Assembly: GCA_965214605.1 (NCBI GenBank)
Contig: OZ243961.1
Span: forward strand, 2,144,001-2,208,000
Direction of reading: 5' to 3'
Length of the DNA: 64,000 bases
Source: an uncultured Candidatus Binatia bacterium
Lineage (GTDB): Bacteria > Desulfobacterota > Binatia > Bin18
Part shown: positions 27,327-36,846 of the stretch, piece by piece
How the letters are laid out: each line of letters begins with the position of its first letter
How positions within the stretch are numbered: position 1 is the stretch's first letter
Notes under the pieces: model-generated
Databases searched by the model: none
What the model saw: only the letters and a program-made list of their open reading frames with translations
What the model was told of the DNA's origin: nothing
Made by a program: the position numbers and the translations under genes

Positions 27327-28619
27327 ATGGCCGCCCTCACGCCCGACTCCCTACGTACCATTATCAACGGCCTGTTAGCCGCCCGAGAACGCTCCCTCGT
27401 CCGGCGTCCGGTCCACGAGATCCTAACCAGTATTGACGCGCTTGCGGCTAGCTTTCTTGACCCCAACTCAAGCGAACGCCGACATGCCGAGGCGCTCCTG
27501 TCCGCAGAAAGCGGACTCTCGCCGAAGATGGCCCGGCATAGCCTGCCGCTTATTTTCCAGGAGTATCGGTCCGAGCGTTTACACGGTCTTTTGGCCGCTG
27601 AACTCGGCACCAGCGCCGTCCTCGACCGGGTTGAGAACGGTCTCCGAGCCTGGGGACCGCGCTTGATGACCCACGTCCTAGCAGGCAATCTTCCCGGTGC
27701 AGGCCTGGATAACATCGTCTTCTCGCTGTTGGTGAAATCAGCCACGTTAGCGAAAGCCGCCTCCTCAGGCGCCGGCTTGCAACGGCTGTTCGCCCACATT
27801 TTGCGTCAGCATGATCCCGAGCTCGGCGCCTGTCTAGCCCTGGTCAGCTGGCCAGGCGGCAAGGCAGAGCTTGAGAATATTGCGTTTTCCGAGGCTGGGC
27901 TGGTTGTGGCCTCGGGTTCGGACGAAAGTTTGGCAGCGATTCGTCAGCGCGTTTCAGGGCGATTCATCGGTTACGGCCATAAACTGAGCCTGAGTCTCAT
28001 CACCCACGACGCCCTCGATCAGTCTCAAAAGTCGGCCGAGCGGGCGGCCTACGATGTGGTGCTGTTTGACCAACGCGGCTGTCTGTCCCCCCAGGTAGTG
28101 TATGTTGAAGACCACGGAGCGGTCTCACCAAAGGTGTTTGCTACGCTGTTGGCAGAAGCGCTCGCAGACTGGCAGACTCGCTTACCCCGGGGGCGGATCA
28201 GTCCGGCGGTCAGCACCCAGATACGGCGAGTGCGAGACGAGGCCGAATGGCAGGCTCTGAGTGGCAAAGACGTTGTCCTCCACTCCAGCCCACGGGGAAC
28301 GGAGTGGACGGTGATCTATGAGGCCGATCCGACGTTTGCACCTGGACCGCTCTACCGAACGGTTCGGGTCAAACCGCTCGTCGGGCTCGAGCAGCTCGCC
28401 ACGCTGCTCGAGCCGTGGCGGCCGTATCTCGAAGCGGTCGGGACTGTCGTGCCGAGCGAGGTCCGTCGCCGCCAGACGCTGCTGGAGGTCCTGGCCAACA
28501 GCGGGGTGAGTCGCATCTGTCCGCTCGGCACAATGCAGATTCCGCCGCTCAGCTGGCGACACGGTGGCCGACCCCGGCTGGCTGAGCTGGTCCGCTGGAT
28601 GACAAGCGATCTGGGCTGA
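27327..28619 (+). CDS. LuxC-like acyl-CoA/acyl-protein reductase
   Basis: HVLAGNLPG, GYGHKLS, FDQRGCLSP (catalytic Cys), GVSRICPLGTMQ.PP..W.HGG. Confidence 0.9.
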   Translation: MAALTPDSLRTIINGLLAARERSLVRRPVHEILTSIDALAASFLDPNSSERRHAEALLSAESGLSPKMARHSLPLIFQEYRSERLHGLLAAELGTSAVLDRVENGLRAWGPRLMTHVLAGNLPGAGLDNIVFSLLVKSATLAKAASSGAGLQRLFAHILRQHDPELGACLALVSWPGGKAELENIAFSEAGLVVASGSDESLAAIRQRVSGRFIGYGHKLSLSLITHDALDQSQKSAERAAYDVVLFDQRGCLSPQVVYVEDHGAVSPKVFATLLAEALADWQTRLPRGRISPAVSTQIRRVRDEAEWQALSGKDVVLHSSPRGTEWTVIYEADPTFAPGPLYRTVRVKPLVGLEQLATLLEPWRPYLEAVGTVVPSEVRRRQTLLEVLANSGVSRICPLGTMQIPPLSWRHGGRPRLAELVRWMTSDLG

Positions 28620-28670
28620 GGCAGACGCCCTATTTGCCCACGCCATACGCCTGATCTATGCTTTGCCCCT

Positions 28671-29879
28671 ATGAGCACCCTAAGTGACGATTTCCTGCGT
28701 TTTGTGTGTCAAACCTCGCCCGAACCTATGGGTATCGAGGTCGCCTCAGCCCACGGCTGCGTGGTAGTCGACACAACTGGCCGCGAGTATCTGGACCTGC
28801 TGTCCGGCATCGGTGTTGCCAGTATCGGTCATACTCATCCGGCCGTGGTACAGGCTGTCCAAGACCAGGCCGCCCATTATCTGCATACCATGGTCTACGG
28901 AGAATACATCCAGGAGCCCCAGGTACGGCTGGCGGGTCGCTTGGCCGAGATTGCGCCTGACTCGCTGTCGGTCTCCTATTTTACCAACAGTGGAACCGAA
29001 GCAGTGGAAGGCGCTCTCAAAACCGCCCGCAAATATACCAGCCGTTCACACCTCGTCAGTTTTGTAGGCAGCTTCCACGGCGATACCCTCGGCTCAGTCT
29101 CCGTGGGCGGCAATCCAACGTACCGCGTCCCGTTTGAACCGCTGCTCCCGACGGTGACGTTTTTAGCTTTTAACGATAGGCAGGCGCTCAGCGCGATTGA
29201 CGACAGCGTCGCTGCCGTCATTATCGAACCGATTCAGGGCGAAGGCGGCGTACAGATTCCGGATACCGCATTTCTGCCGGCCCTGCGTCAACGCTGCTCC
29301 GAGGTCGGCGCAGTGCTGATCTTCGACGAAGTCATCACCGGTTTTGGACGGACAGGAAAAGTCTTTGCCGCCGAACACTGGCAGGTCAGCCCCGATATCC
29401 TGGTGTTGGCCAAAGCGTTAGGAGGAGGCATGCCGCTCGGAGCATTTATGAGTAGACCGGAGATCTTGCAAACCCTGTCGACCGATCCACCCCTGGCCCA
29501 CGTGACAACATTCGGCGGACATCCGGTGTGCTGTGCGGCCGGACTGGCTGCTCTGGACGTCATGTTTGCAGAGCGGCTTCCCCAGCGGGCCCAGGAAAAA
29601 GGACACGAGTTCGTGGCGAAACTGCACGCCCTGGTTGGTCGCGGCGGGCTGACCGGAGTCCGGGGCCGGGGCTTACTCATCGGACTTGACTTTAGCGATC
29701 CCGGGACAACGCGACGTTTCGTCAAGCGGTGTTTTACCGACGGTCTGGTGCTAGGTTGGACGCTGCACGACGATAGCGTCGTGCGCTTAGCTCCACCATT
29801 AATCATCTCGTCGGCCGAGATTACTCAGGCGATTGAGGTCATGGGTAGAGCGCTTGATGGCGGCTCAAGGTCATTATAA
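28671..29879 (+). CDS. Class III PLP aminotransferase (acetylornithine/putrescine aminotransferase-like)
   Basis: YLDLLSGIGV..IGH, NSGTEAVEGA, FHG, EPIQGEGG, DEVITGFGRTG, AKALGGG, TTFGG. Confidence 0.93.
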   Translation: MSTLSDDFLRFVCQTSPEPMGIEVASAHGCVVVDTTGREYLDLLSGIGVASIGHTHPAVVQAVQDQAAHYLHTMVYGEYIQEPQVRLAGRLAEIAPDSLSVSYFTNSGTEAVEGALKTARKYTSRSHLVSFVGSFHGDTLGSVSVGGNPTYRVPFEPLLPTVTFLAFNDRQALSAIDDSVAAVIIEPIQGEGGVQIPDTAFLPALRQRCSEVGAVLIFDEVITGFGRTGKVFAAEHWQVSPDILVLAKALGGGMPLGAFMSRPEILQTLSTDPPLAHVTTFGGHPVCCAAGLAALDVMFAERLPQRAQEKGHEFVAKLHALVGRGGLTGVRGRGLLIGLDFSDPGTTRRFVKRCFTDGLVLGWTLHDDSVVRLAPPLIISSAEITQAIEVMGRALDGGSRSL

Positions 29880-29884
29880 CCCGG

Positions 29885-30325
29885 TCATGGCTCAATTTTC
29901 CCCCAGGCATTCACCTTGGTGGGGGTAATGCGCACCATATCGTTGCGCTCAATGCGCAGGTCCATCGCTCGGTACTGCGGGTAGCGCTCACGCAGTAAGG
30001 CGAGGGCCTGGTCGTATTCGGTTCGCTCCTCAACCATGGCGGCCGTACCCCGTACCATCACATACGCTAGCCGGGTCCAGTCATCGGCGTAATCGTCAAC
30101 CACCAGCGCTACCCTGGGATTCTCCAACATATTCTGAATTCGCTTGAGCGGTTTCCCTGTGTGGCGCTTCGGCTTTTGATCGACCACAAAGTAGAAGTGT
30201 TGGCCGTTATAGGCATAACAAAACGGGATCACGTGTGGCTCACCATCCTGACCGGCCGTTGCCAGCCGCGCTACCTTGTGGGCGTCAAGAAAGCGCCGTA
30301 CGGGTTCTGCAATCAGCTGGGACAT
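29885..30325 (-). CDS. PPOX-class F420-dependent oxidoreductase (pyridoxamine 5'-phosphate oxidase-like)
   Basis: VARLAT....PHVIP, VDQKPK...LKRIQN..NPRVALVVDDY.DDW. Confidence 0.88.
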   Translation of the reverse strand: MSQLIAEPVRRFLDAHKVARLATAGQDGEPHVIPFCYAYNGQHFYFVVDQKPKRHTGKPLKRIQNMLENPRVALVVDDYADDWTRLAYVMVRGTAAMVEERTEYDQALALLRERYPQYRAMDLRIERNDMVRITPTKVNAWGKIEP

Positions 30326-30326
30326 A

Positions 30327-31397
30327 TTAGACTGCCACGTCGGGCCCTGGGGTCAACGAGGGCGTTGACCGCTTCTGAGACGGGGAGCGATCGTTACCGA
30401 CATTGGTGTGGCCCTCAAACGTCTCCTGGGCTTCCCGATAGAGGACCTCGGCTTGGCCCGAGTAGCGGGAGGAAAAGTGAAAGACGACCAGCTTCTTGAC
30501 CTGTGCCGCTCGCCCTAGCAGACCGGCCTGGTGGGCTGTCAGATGGTGGCGTCGGGTTGCCTGCCCGTGGTCGGCATTCAGAAAGGGCGCCTCGCAGAAA
30601 AACACATCCGCCCCACGGACCAAGTCAGTAATACGGGCCACGTTGTCCGGGCTGTACAGCGTATCAACCACGTAGGCGAGCTTGTGTCCCGGGCTCTGTT
30701 TGACCAAACGGCCACGCAGCTCTCCGAGCACGAAAGTCCGTCCATACTGGCGTCCGTCCTGCCGCCACTCAGCTTGAATGCAAAAATCGTCCGGCCGCTC
30801 GGCGCGCACCGCGCGTTTCAGCTCAGACAGCCACGGCCCAGGGCCGACTCCGAGTTCGGCCAAAACAGCGGTATCCACATTCAGGTGGGTTTCTTCCTCT
30901 AGAGCGAAGGCCAAAGAGGCGATCCGGTGATCGAGGTGCGTGGTCCGTACGCAAAATCCGGTTTCCTCCACGAGTGTCCCGGCAAACGGCAGCGCAGGCA
31001 GCGGCCGAGGGATAAAACCCGTCGCTGCTTCAAAACGTGCTCGCTGCATGGTCTGCTGTCCGACTTCCGTCACTTCGAGGGTAAAATCGTAACCATCGGT
31101 CAGGTTCCAGGTATAGCCCCGTAGTTTCCCGGCCACACACGTCAGAACTCCCGGTGGCCCAAACAGGTGGAGTGTCTTCTTCCGAGATAAACACACTCGC
31201 AAAAGACGATCAAAGCCAATGAAGTGATCCATGTGACAGTGAGAGACAAACACATGGCTCAGCCGCAGTACTTCGGCGGTCGCTAGGGCGTCATTATGGC
31301 CCAGGTCAAACACCACCGCCCGCCCCTGCAAAGGCAGATGAATATAGAGGCCGGGGTCACCAAACGGTCCATTCACAAGGCGTGCAATGGGGCTCAT
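30327..31397 (-). CDS. Ribonuclease Z-like metallo-beta-lactamase
   Basis: LVNGPFGDPGLY, SHCHMDH, LDH, EAPF...HLTA, HFSSRY; start reassigned to MSPIARL. Confidence 0.88.
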   Translation of the reverse strand: MSPIARLVNGPFGDPGLYIHLPLQGRAVVFDLGHNDALATAEVLRLSHVFVSHCHMDHFIGFDRLLRVCLSRKKTLHLFGPPGVLTCVAGKLRGYTWNLTDGYDFTLEVTEVGQQTMQRARFEAATGFIPRPLPALPFAGTLVEETGFCVRTTHLDHRIASLAFALEEETHLNVDTAVLAELGVGPGPWLSELKRAVRAERPDDFCIQAEWRQDGRQYGRTFVLGELRGRLVKQSPGHKLAYVVDTLYSPDNVARITDLVRGADVFFCEAPFLNADHGQATRRHHLTAHQAGLLGRAAQVKKLVVFHFSSRYSGQAEVLYREAQETFEGHTNVGNDRSPSQKRSTPSLTPGPDVAV

Positions 31398-31547
31398 GAC
31401 CAGAACATTATCCCGGCTCCCCAATCTCTTTGCAAGACGGTCTTTGGCAGTGCATGGGCAGGGACATTGACAGCACGGCGCGGGAACGCTAGCCAAGAGC
31501 ATATACAGGGGTCCTCTGTGTGAGAACCCGAGGGGGAGAACGTAGCT

Positions 31548-32375
31548 ATGGCCACCATGATTACTAGTGACTGCATTAACTGCGGAGCCTGTGAGCCAGA
31601 ATGCCCCAACACCGCCATCTACCAAGGCGGGGTTGACTGGGAGTTGAACGGCGCAGTCAGCTCCGCCATCTCAGACGACATCTTCTACATTGTCCCTCAG
31701 AAGTGCACCGAGTGTGTCGGCTTTTTTGACCAGGAAGCCTGTGCCGCGGTCTGTCCGGTCGACTGCTGCATTCCCAACCCGGATATTCCAGAAACGGAAG
31801 CGGTCTTGATCGCCCGTGCCAAAGAGCTCCACCCGGAAGAAAGCTTTGGGGACGATTTTCCGTCCCGCTTCAAAGGTGATCACTCCGCTGAACCAGTTGC
31901 CAAGCCAACCTCAGCTGTCGAGTCAGCCCCAGCTGCCGCTCCGCCACCCGTAGCCCCTGTCCCCGTCCCGGCGGCAGGCGCAGAGGCTTCAACACTCACC
32001 ATTCCCGAGGTTGACAACTGGGAGGTCCCACTCAGCTGCTACAAGTGCGAGCAAGAATATTCGCTGGCTTTCGAACACTTTCGGATCGGCACCGTGTTGA
32101 ACTGCCCCAACCCCTATTGTACAGCCAGCCTCATTGTCACCTCAACAATGTATAAAAACGTGGCCAACGCCCTGGACGCCTTTCACGCCCACTGGAACGC
32201 AGATTTTGACGCCTTCCGGGAAAAACGGCGCCAAGAGCTGGAAGCGTTTGAGGCCGCGAAGCAGGTCGAGTTAGAAAATTTTACCGATACCCTCAGAAAA
32301 GCCGTCTCCGACGTCAAACCGGCCGGCAAGCCATGGCGGCGCCTGTCGATGTTCGGCTTTCAGCGCGTGGGATAA
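31548..32375 (+). CDS. YfhL-type 2[4Fe-4S] ferredoxin with long C-terminal extension
   Basis: CINCGACEPECPN and CTECVG....CAAVCPVDCC; Pro/Ala linker; CYKC...CPNPYC; charged helix. Confidence 0.85.
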   Translation: MATMITSDCINCGACEPECPNTAIYQGGVDWELNGAVSSAISDDIFYIVPQKCTECVGFFDQEACAAVCPVDCCIPNPDIPETEAVLIARAKELHPEESFGDDFPSRFKGDHSAEPVAKPTSAVESAPAAAPPPVAPVPVPAAGAEASTLTIPEVDNWEVPLSCYKCEQEYSLAFEHFRIGTVLNCPNPYCTASLIVTSTMYKNVANALDAFHAHWNADFDAFREKRRQELEAFEAAKQVELENFTDTLRKAVSDVKPAGKPWRRLSMFGFQRVG

Positions 32376-32393
32376 AAAATGCAGCGCGACCAT

Positions 32394-32423
32394 CGCTGAA
32401 CGGCGGAAGCGCGCCGTTCAGCG
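32394..32423. terminator. Perfect 12-bp hairpin between convergent genes
   Basis: CGCTGAACGGCG-gaagcg-CGCCGTTCAGCG. Confidence 0.7.
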
Positions 32424-32425
32424 GT

Positions 32426-33265
32426 TTATACGTACTTCTTGCCAATCTCCATAGCTTCGGGTACGCCTAGCAGATTGGTCATTTCCTCAAAACAGCTCCA
32501 GCCCGCATCGGTGGTGATCTGGCCGGTGGTCTTGAGCTCTCGCATGGCATCTCGCATGCGAACATAAGCTGCCATTAGCGTGGCAGAGTAAATGGTGAGT
32601 TTGAAGCCGAATTTTTGGATTTCTTGGACCGATAGCAGCTGTCCATTGTAAAGCAGCGGCAGGTCGCTCAGCTCCTTGGCATAACGCTGAATATCGCTCA
32701 GCGTCCGGATACCGTCGACAAAGATCAGATCGGCTCCAGCCTCTCGGTAGGCGTGGCCGCGAGCAACAACGTCCTCCCAACCGTTGACCGCCAGGGCGTC
32801 GGTTCGGGCAATAATCACGAAATTGTCACTGCGCCGGGCATCGCACGCTGCCCGCACCTTGGGCACCATGTCGTCCATAGGGATGACCTGTTTGCCGGCC
32901 AGAAAGCCGCAGCGTTTGGGCCACACCTGGTCTTCAAGGTGCAAAGCCGCCGCGCCGGCCGCCTCATACTCACGCACTGTTCGATACACATTGACCGGAT
33001 TGCCATAGCCAGTGTCGGCATCACAGATCAGCGGAATCTCGATCGCGTTGGCGATATAGCGGACGTTCTGCACCATCTCGGCCATAGTCAACAGCCCAAC
33101 ATCGGGAAATCCGCGGGCTGCAGCCGTACCAAAACCGGTCATATACACGGCTCCAAAACCTGCAGCTTGGGCAATCCGGGCCTGGAAGGCATCGAACACA
33201 AACGGAGCGACGACCATGTCGGGACCATCGAGCAGCTGACGCAGACGGGTCGCTGTAGTGGGCAT
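32426..33265 (-). CDS. Isocitrate lyase/PEP mutase superfamily enzyme (PrpB/dimethylmalate lyase-like)
   Basis: YMTGFG, PDVG, DADTGYG, EDQVWPKRCG, IARTDA. Confidence 0.92.
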   Translation of the reverse strand: MPTTATRLRQLLDGPDMVVAPFVFDAFQARIAQAAGFGAVYMTGFGTAAARGFPDVGLLTMAEMVQNVRYIANAIEIPLICDADTGYGNPVNVYRTVREYEAAGAAALHLEDQVWPKRCGFLAGKQVIPMDDMVPKVRAACDARRSDNFVIIARTDALAVNGWEDVVARGHAYREAGADLIFVDGIRTLSDIQRYAKELSDLPLLYNGQLLSVQEIQKFGFKLTIYSATLMAAYVRMRDAMRELKTTGQITTDAGWSCFEEMTNLLGVPEAMEIGKKYV

Positions 33266-33309
33266 ACAGTCCTCCTTTGGATTGCAGTGAATCTTGATCT
33301 TTTCCGACC

Positions 33310-33725
33310 ATAGCCTTCCGTCCTGAGGTTACCGGCAGATCTCAATCTGCTTGGTGGGCAAGTCCAGCGGTCATACTTCGAGGATACTGTAACGGGTATG
33401 CAGAAGAATCTTCATTGCGCGCGCATATCGGACGTTTGTGGCTGAGACTTCAATGGGAAGCACATCTTGTGACGAAGGATGAGAGGTCCGGTGGACATCG
33501 TCTCTTAGACGTACCATGACACAATCGGGCTGAAGTTCCGAATGCCCGCCGAGGCGAGACAAGAACCAACCTTGAAAATGTCCTGTTCAGTCTAGCGTTG
33601 GGGTGAATGACTTTTCCCTCCTGGTCGCCGCCTATGGGAGCCGTATCAATCAGCCTGTCCTCAATCAACTCAAACCGATCCTCGCGATCAAAGATGCCGG
33701 CTCCGCCCATCTTGTAAGAGTCGTC
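33310..33725 (-). pseudogene. Degraded Uma2 (DUF820) family endonuclease
   Basis: YKMGGAGIF..EDRFELIE..LID.APIG, then in another frame HSELQPD...HP...VL.IEVS...RY, then a stop. Confidence 0.8.
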
Positions 33726-33756
33726 CCTCCCAGCGGTTGCCGTGGAGTTCCCTCCA

Positions 33757-34575
33757 CTAGTCCAATGAGTGGAGAAACTTGAGCAGCGCCGCGACACATT
33801 CCTCAGCAGCATCAACGTAGATCTCATGCCCATTGCCCTCAATCACCGCCATCCGCGCCCCAGGGATACCATCACGGATCGCTAACTGCTCGCTCAAGGG
33901 CGTGAGCGGGCTGTTGGCCGGAGCTACGATCAAGGTCGGCACGCTGACCTGGGGAAGTATCGGCTCCACATCGACGCTCGGCACTAAACGGCACAGTCCT
34001 TGGAGCACATGAGTCGGGGTTTTGGCCCACTCATCAAGCATCCATAGCAAACGGGGCGAATCGCCCACCGTCAGCCCTGCCCCCTGTTCGATCAGAGCTT
34101 TGGCCCAGCCACCGGAACCGAGCGCGCCGAGGGCGGCTGGCCAGTCCTCATAGCCTAGGGCAAAGATCTTTTGCATATGCGGTCGAATAGACGTCGGTGA
34201 GGCGCACAGCGTCAGGCTCTTGAACCGCTCAGGCCACTTGGCGGCAAACGCAATGCCCAGAATGCCACCCAGCGATTCGCCTACATAGTGTACGGCATCA
34301 ATCTCTAAGGTGTCCAGAAAGCCTTTCATGTCGCCTAGCAGGTCATCGATCGACCACACGTAGTCTGGTCCCGGATCGGCCGACCGCCCGTGGCCCCGCA
34401 TATCCCGGCGTAGCACGCAGTACTGGCCGGCCAAGAGCGGTATCCAATGGGACCAAAAGTTGAGGTTACGGCCAAAGCCGTGCTGAATCCAGATCGTTTC
34501 GGACGTGTTCCATGGGTCGGTGAAGTCATCGATCTGGTAGTGCATGGTGTAGCTATTGGCCGTCAGCTGTGGCAT
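33757..34575 (-). CDS. Alpha/beta hydrolase (paralogue of 5817-6620)
   Basis: DDFTDPW, QHGFGR, DMRGHGRS, GESLGG; AAGGAGG before the ATG at 34575. Confidence 0.9.
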   Translation of the reverse strand: MPQLTANSYTMHYQIDDFTDPWNTSETIWIQHGFGRNLNFWSHWIPLLAGQYCVLRRDMRGHGRSADPGPDYVWSIDDLLGDMKGFLDTLEIDAVHYVGESLGGILGIAFAAKWPERFKSLTLCASPTSIRPHMQKIFALGYEDWPAALGALGSGGWAKALIEQGAGLTVGDSPRLLWMLDEWAKTPTHVLQGLCRLVPSVDVEPILPQVSVPTLIVAPANSPLTPLSEQLAIRDGIPGARMAVIEGNGHEIYVDAAEECVAALLKFLHSLD

Positions 34576-34606
34576 GCAGTTTCCCCTCCTTAAGCGGCCG
34601 AGCGTC

Positions 34607-35506
34607 TCACCACTCCGTGCGGGCGGGCGGCAGTGCTCCATCGGGACGCGGAGCCTGAACAATTTCCTCGTTGCTGACGATGTCTTTCTGTAAATACTTC
34701 TCAAGCAGCTTGACCGCATGCCGCAGCAGTTCAGCCTTACCGTCAAACACCTCTTCATGCATCCACTCGCCCTGAATCCAGCAGTCAAACGAGGCTTCGT
34801 CAATAAAATTGAACTCGAGCAGTCGCTCATACATCGGCGTTCCGGTGATAATAGCCCGCAGCGACAGGCCGGAATCGATCAGCACGGCGCAGACATTGCG
34901 AGGAATCGGCAGCTCGCTCTTGATCTGTTCAATCTCTCGGGGTGAACAACACTCTTCGACGAGTGAGCAATAGGCCCACTCACCCGGGTTGGGGTCTGCC
35001 TTTTGGATCAATTTGATGTTGGAATTGATGAGCCACTCCCGCGCTTCCTCTTGATCGTAGTTCTCAAAACTCCGAAAGAATCCCGCTCCGGCAGGTTCGC
35101 GCTGGTTCTCGGGCTGCTCACCCGAGCTCCCGAACCTCAGCCCGGAGCGCACCCCGGCGGACCTGTCTTCAGGCTCCCTCCACTCCTCGACTTTCGGCTC
35201 GGGGCGGGCGGGACGCAGTGCCTCTCTGGTTGCCGACCTCTTGCGGGATGAGGGAGAATGACGTTTAGCTGGGGACCCAGCCTGCAATTTGGCCGCTTTT
35301 CTGCTCTGCCCGTGCGAAACTTTTGCCCGGCCTCGGTCGGTCCGAGCCAAGGAACTGTCTGCCTTTGTGGCCCGGCCCTCCTGGACGCGCGATGTACTCT
35401 CCTGGAAACGATTCCGGCCCCGATTTCTGGACCGGCTGCGTGTACGTCTTTTACGGCGTTCCTCTCCGTTGGATGGCTCAGCCACTTTTTTCTCATCGTC
35501 CGGCAT
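34607..35506 (-). CDS. Hypothetical protein with Arg/Ser-rich disordered N-terminus and acidic globular C-terminus
   Basis: 299-aa ORF starting 3 nt after the upstream stop, GGAGG RBS. Confidence 0.65.
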   Translation of the reverse strand: MPDDEKKVAEPSNGEERRKRRTRSRSRNRGRNRFQESTSRVQEGRATKADSSLARTDRGRAKVSHGQSRKAAKLQAGSPAKRHSPSSRKRSATREALRPARPEPKVEEWREPEDRSAGVRSGLRFGSSGEQPENQREPAGAGFFRSFENYDQEEAREWLINSNIKLIQKADPNPGEWAYCSLVEECCSPREIEQIKSELPIPRNVCAVLIDSGLSLRAIITGTPMYERLLEFNFIDEASFDCWIQGEWMHEEVFDGKAELLRHAVKLLEKYLQKDIVSNEEIVQAPRPDGALPPARTEW

Positions 35507-35509
35507 GTC

Positions 35510-36211
35510 CTACCTCCGAGGGAAAAAGTACGAAAAGCCGGCTAAGAAAGAGTGAGAGTTCCTACCGTCATTTTCGTCATAGAGGCTGGCGTTTGACGAA
35601 TGCCGGAAACGATAGCCCAGACTCAGGGAGACATTATTGTCCAGAAAGTACGACAGGCCGGCTCCAGCCATCTCGGTGAAACTAAAGCCCCCGCCCAGGT
35701 CATAGCCCTGGTAGTCCTGGTACAGGACTCCTAGACCGCCCTCAATATACGGAGACAGCCGGGCACCTAGGTCAAAATGGTAGCTTAAGACCGGGAGCAT
35801 CAGACCAGCTTCAATTGAGGCGTTCCGCTTTCTCCCGCGCCTTACCGGCTTTGAGTCTCTCTCCTCTTCGTCGGTTCCCTGGAAGGTGCTATGCCGCGGA
35901 CCCTCTTCTGCGTTCGGGATGCTACTCCCCTCTCTCTGGTTGGAGTGGCGCGTCACCGCAGACAAGAAGGGCTCGGTCGCAATCTCAAACACGCCTTCAG
36001 GAAAGATCCATGGTTTTCCTTTAAAGAGAACATAGCCGATATGAAAGTTGAGCGGCACGCTATCTATATTCCGTTCACTAACAGAATAGCCCGAGCGCAG
36101 GCCGATATTCCACGAACCCTCGGCAGGCCCCGTCTTTTGGGCCTGGACGGCGCTCACTCCCAACAGGAGCACTCCCAGCAGGCAACCGGCTATGCGCATA
36201 GCCTTTTTCAT
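35510..36211 (-). CDS. Acyloxyacyl hydrolase / PagL-like outer-membrane beta-barrel
   Basis: Signal peptide, PYIEGGLG, F...AGAG, YRFRHSSNA...N.G.N. Confidence 0.8.
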   Translation of the reverse strand: MKKAMRIAGCLLGVLLLGVSAVQAQKTGPAEGSWNIGLRSGYSVSERNIDSVPLNFHIGYVLFKGKPWIFPEGVFEIATEPFLSAVTRHSNQREGSSIPNAEEGPRHSTFQGTDEEERDSKPVRRGRKRNASIEAGLMLPVLSYHFDLGARLSPYIEGGLGVLYQDYQGYDLGGGFSFTEMAGAGLSYFLDNNVSLSLGYRFRHSSNASLYDENDGRNSHSFLAGFSYFFPRR

Positions 36212-36332
36212 TATCTCCTCCTCGTGTCTATCCGTATTGACGCCTCGCTCCTATCCTACCAGTCTGGCTTGTGCAAGTCGCTGAACACCAAGGTGAACGC
36301 TGAGGACCTCCTTATCAGAAAGAAAGTATCGT

Positions 36333-36797
36333 TCACTTTGTCTCGATGCTCAGTTCGGTCTCAACAAAGTCTTGCTGCGCCTCATCCCACAGAAAAGCTT
36401 TGATCCTGCGCACCTCGCGGTCGTAGATTGAGACTACGAGATAGACCGTGTCTGGATAGGACGGCTCATCCCCAAACATGGCCTGGTATTTGTCCTCGGC
36501 CGAGAAATACGCGTCGTGATTCGGGTGCGAATGGTAAAAGGCGGTCAGCTGGGCGGTGCCGCTATCGGCCTCTTGCATCACAGCCAATAGCTGTTTTGGC
36601 TGCATGAAATACGCAGTGGTGGCATCACGCGGATAGGTCTCCGCGTCCTTGTCCTGCATGGCGTTCTGAATATTGTCAATGCGCCGTACCTCGGCCTTGC
36701 CGTCCCGGGTTAGGATTGCCCCACAGCATTCGTCGGGAAACGCGTCTTGGGCATGTTGACAGAGAGTTTTCCATGTTGCGGCATCGAGATGAATCAT
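36333..36797 (-). CDS. JAB/MPN (M67) metallopeptidase
   Basis: AFPDECCG, YHSHPNHDAYFSAED. Confidence 0.9.
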   Translation of the reverse strand: MIHLDAATWKTLCQHAQDAFPDECCGAILTRDGKAEVRRIDNIQNAMQDKDAETYPRDATTAYFMQPKQLLAVMQEADSGTAQLTAFYHSHPNHDAYFSAEDKYQAMFGDEPSYPDTVYLVVSIYDREVRRIKAFLWDEAQQDFVETELSIETK

Positions 36798-36846
36798 ACC
36801 GAACAGCCTCCTGCTAGATGTAGTCGTGCTCCAGTCTACGCCACCT

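Noticed and set aside
10608-28619. Bioluminescence system (LLM gene plus luxE/luxC)
   Set aside because: The LLM gene is 14 kb away, single and generic; there is no luxAB pair or luxD.
36333-36797. JAB peptidase as part of a ubiquitin-like or CBASS system
   Set aside because: No E1/E2, ThiS/MoaD or cyclase neighbours; it looks like a common Mec-type peptidase.
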